In this document: positions 63,682-64,000 of the stretch, piece by piece
How positions within the stretch are numbered: the stretch's first letter is position 1
Layout: every line of letters starts with the position of its first letter
Assembly: GCF_041956535.1 (NCBI RefSeq)
Contig: NW_027192208.1
Coordinates: forward strand, 444,492-508,491
Source: Calcarisporiella thermophila CBS 279.70
Taxonomy: Eukaryota > Fungi > Calcarisporiellomycota
DNA length: 64,000 nt
Reading direction: 5' to 3'
The notes under the pieces: generated by a model
Told to the model about the DNA's origin: nothing
Seen by the model: only the letters and a program-made list of their open reading frames with translations
Databases searched by the model: none
Program-made: the position numbers and the translations under genes

Positions 63682-64000
63682 ATGAAGGAATATTTTTCGC
63701 GTCTCCTACGTCTTCTTCCGCGTAAAGACTCTAATCAAATATATGACATATTTTCTTCACTTCCTCCTGATATATCTTCCGCTGCTATTATCAATTACCG
63801 AGACGAGCACGGGGACACTCTTGTTCACCATGCAGCACGACACCATAATATTAAAGCATTGCGTTTATTTTTGGAGCTCGGAGGAGATGCACAGGCTGTG
63901 AATAATCATGGTCGACATCCAATCCACGAAGCGATTGACAGCCGAGAATGTGTGCAAGAATTAGCCAAAGTGTGTGATGTTAATTGTATGAAGCGAGGAG
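63682..64000 (+). CDS. Ankyrin-repeat protein, ANKRD16-like (runs off window end; start uncertain)
   Basis: HGDTLVHHAARHHN...NNHGRHPIHEA...CVQEL...DVNCMKRG. Confidence 0.72.
   Translation, partial: MKEYFSRLLRLLPRKDSNQIYDIFSSLPPDISSAAIINYRDEHGDTLVHHAARHHNIKALRLFLELGGDAQAVNNHGRHPIHEAIDSRECVQELAKVCDVNCMKRG

Overview
Gene-dense, intron-rich eukaryotic DNA, most likely from an early-diverging fungus (Mucoromycota/Zoopagomycota-like; inferred from gene content and 50-130 nt GT-AG introns). I reconstructed 27 protein-coding genes by hand-splicing: NDUFS1, TLG2/STX16, an atypical septin, tricalbin, KTR/KRE2, a bacterial-looking GNAT, a Crz1-like C2H2 TF, an MHYT sensor-like protein, a secreted Cys-rich Opy2-like protein, GYP1, neurofibromin/IRA, 14-3-3, CaMK, a 4-TM protein, CRIPT, GCLM, perilipin, a Fus3/Kss1 MAPK, ACBP, a bHLH-ZIP TF, GET3, PGS1, SAM50, a 4E-T-like protein, RPS11, OMA1 and a truncated ANKRD16-like gene. 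The most notable feature is invisible to the ORF track: an apparently non-coding, multi-exon host gene on the minus strand between GET3 and PGS1 (~51440-52300). Three consecutive introns each carry one box C/D snoRNA at near-identical spacing from the splice sites, with 11-12 nt guides complementary to conserved 18S and 25S rRNA sequence. Also seen: several micro-exons (8-23 nt), degenerate splice signals, and a GC-rich to AT-rich transition near 20 kb. No tRNA, rRNA, CRISPR or recognisable intact mobile element was found. Homology calls come from remembered motifs; no database search was run.
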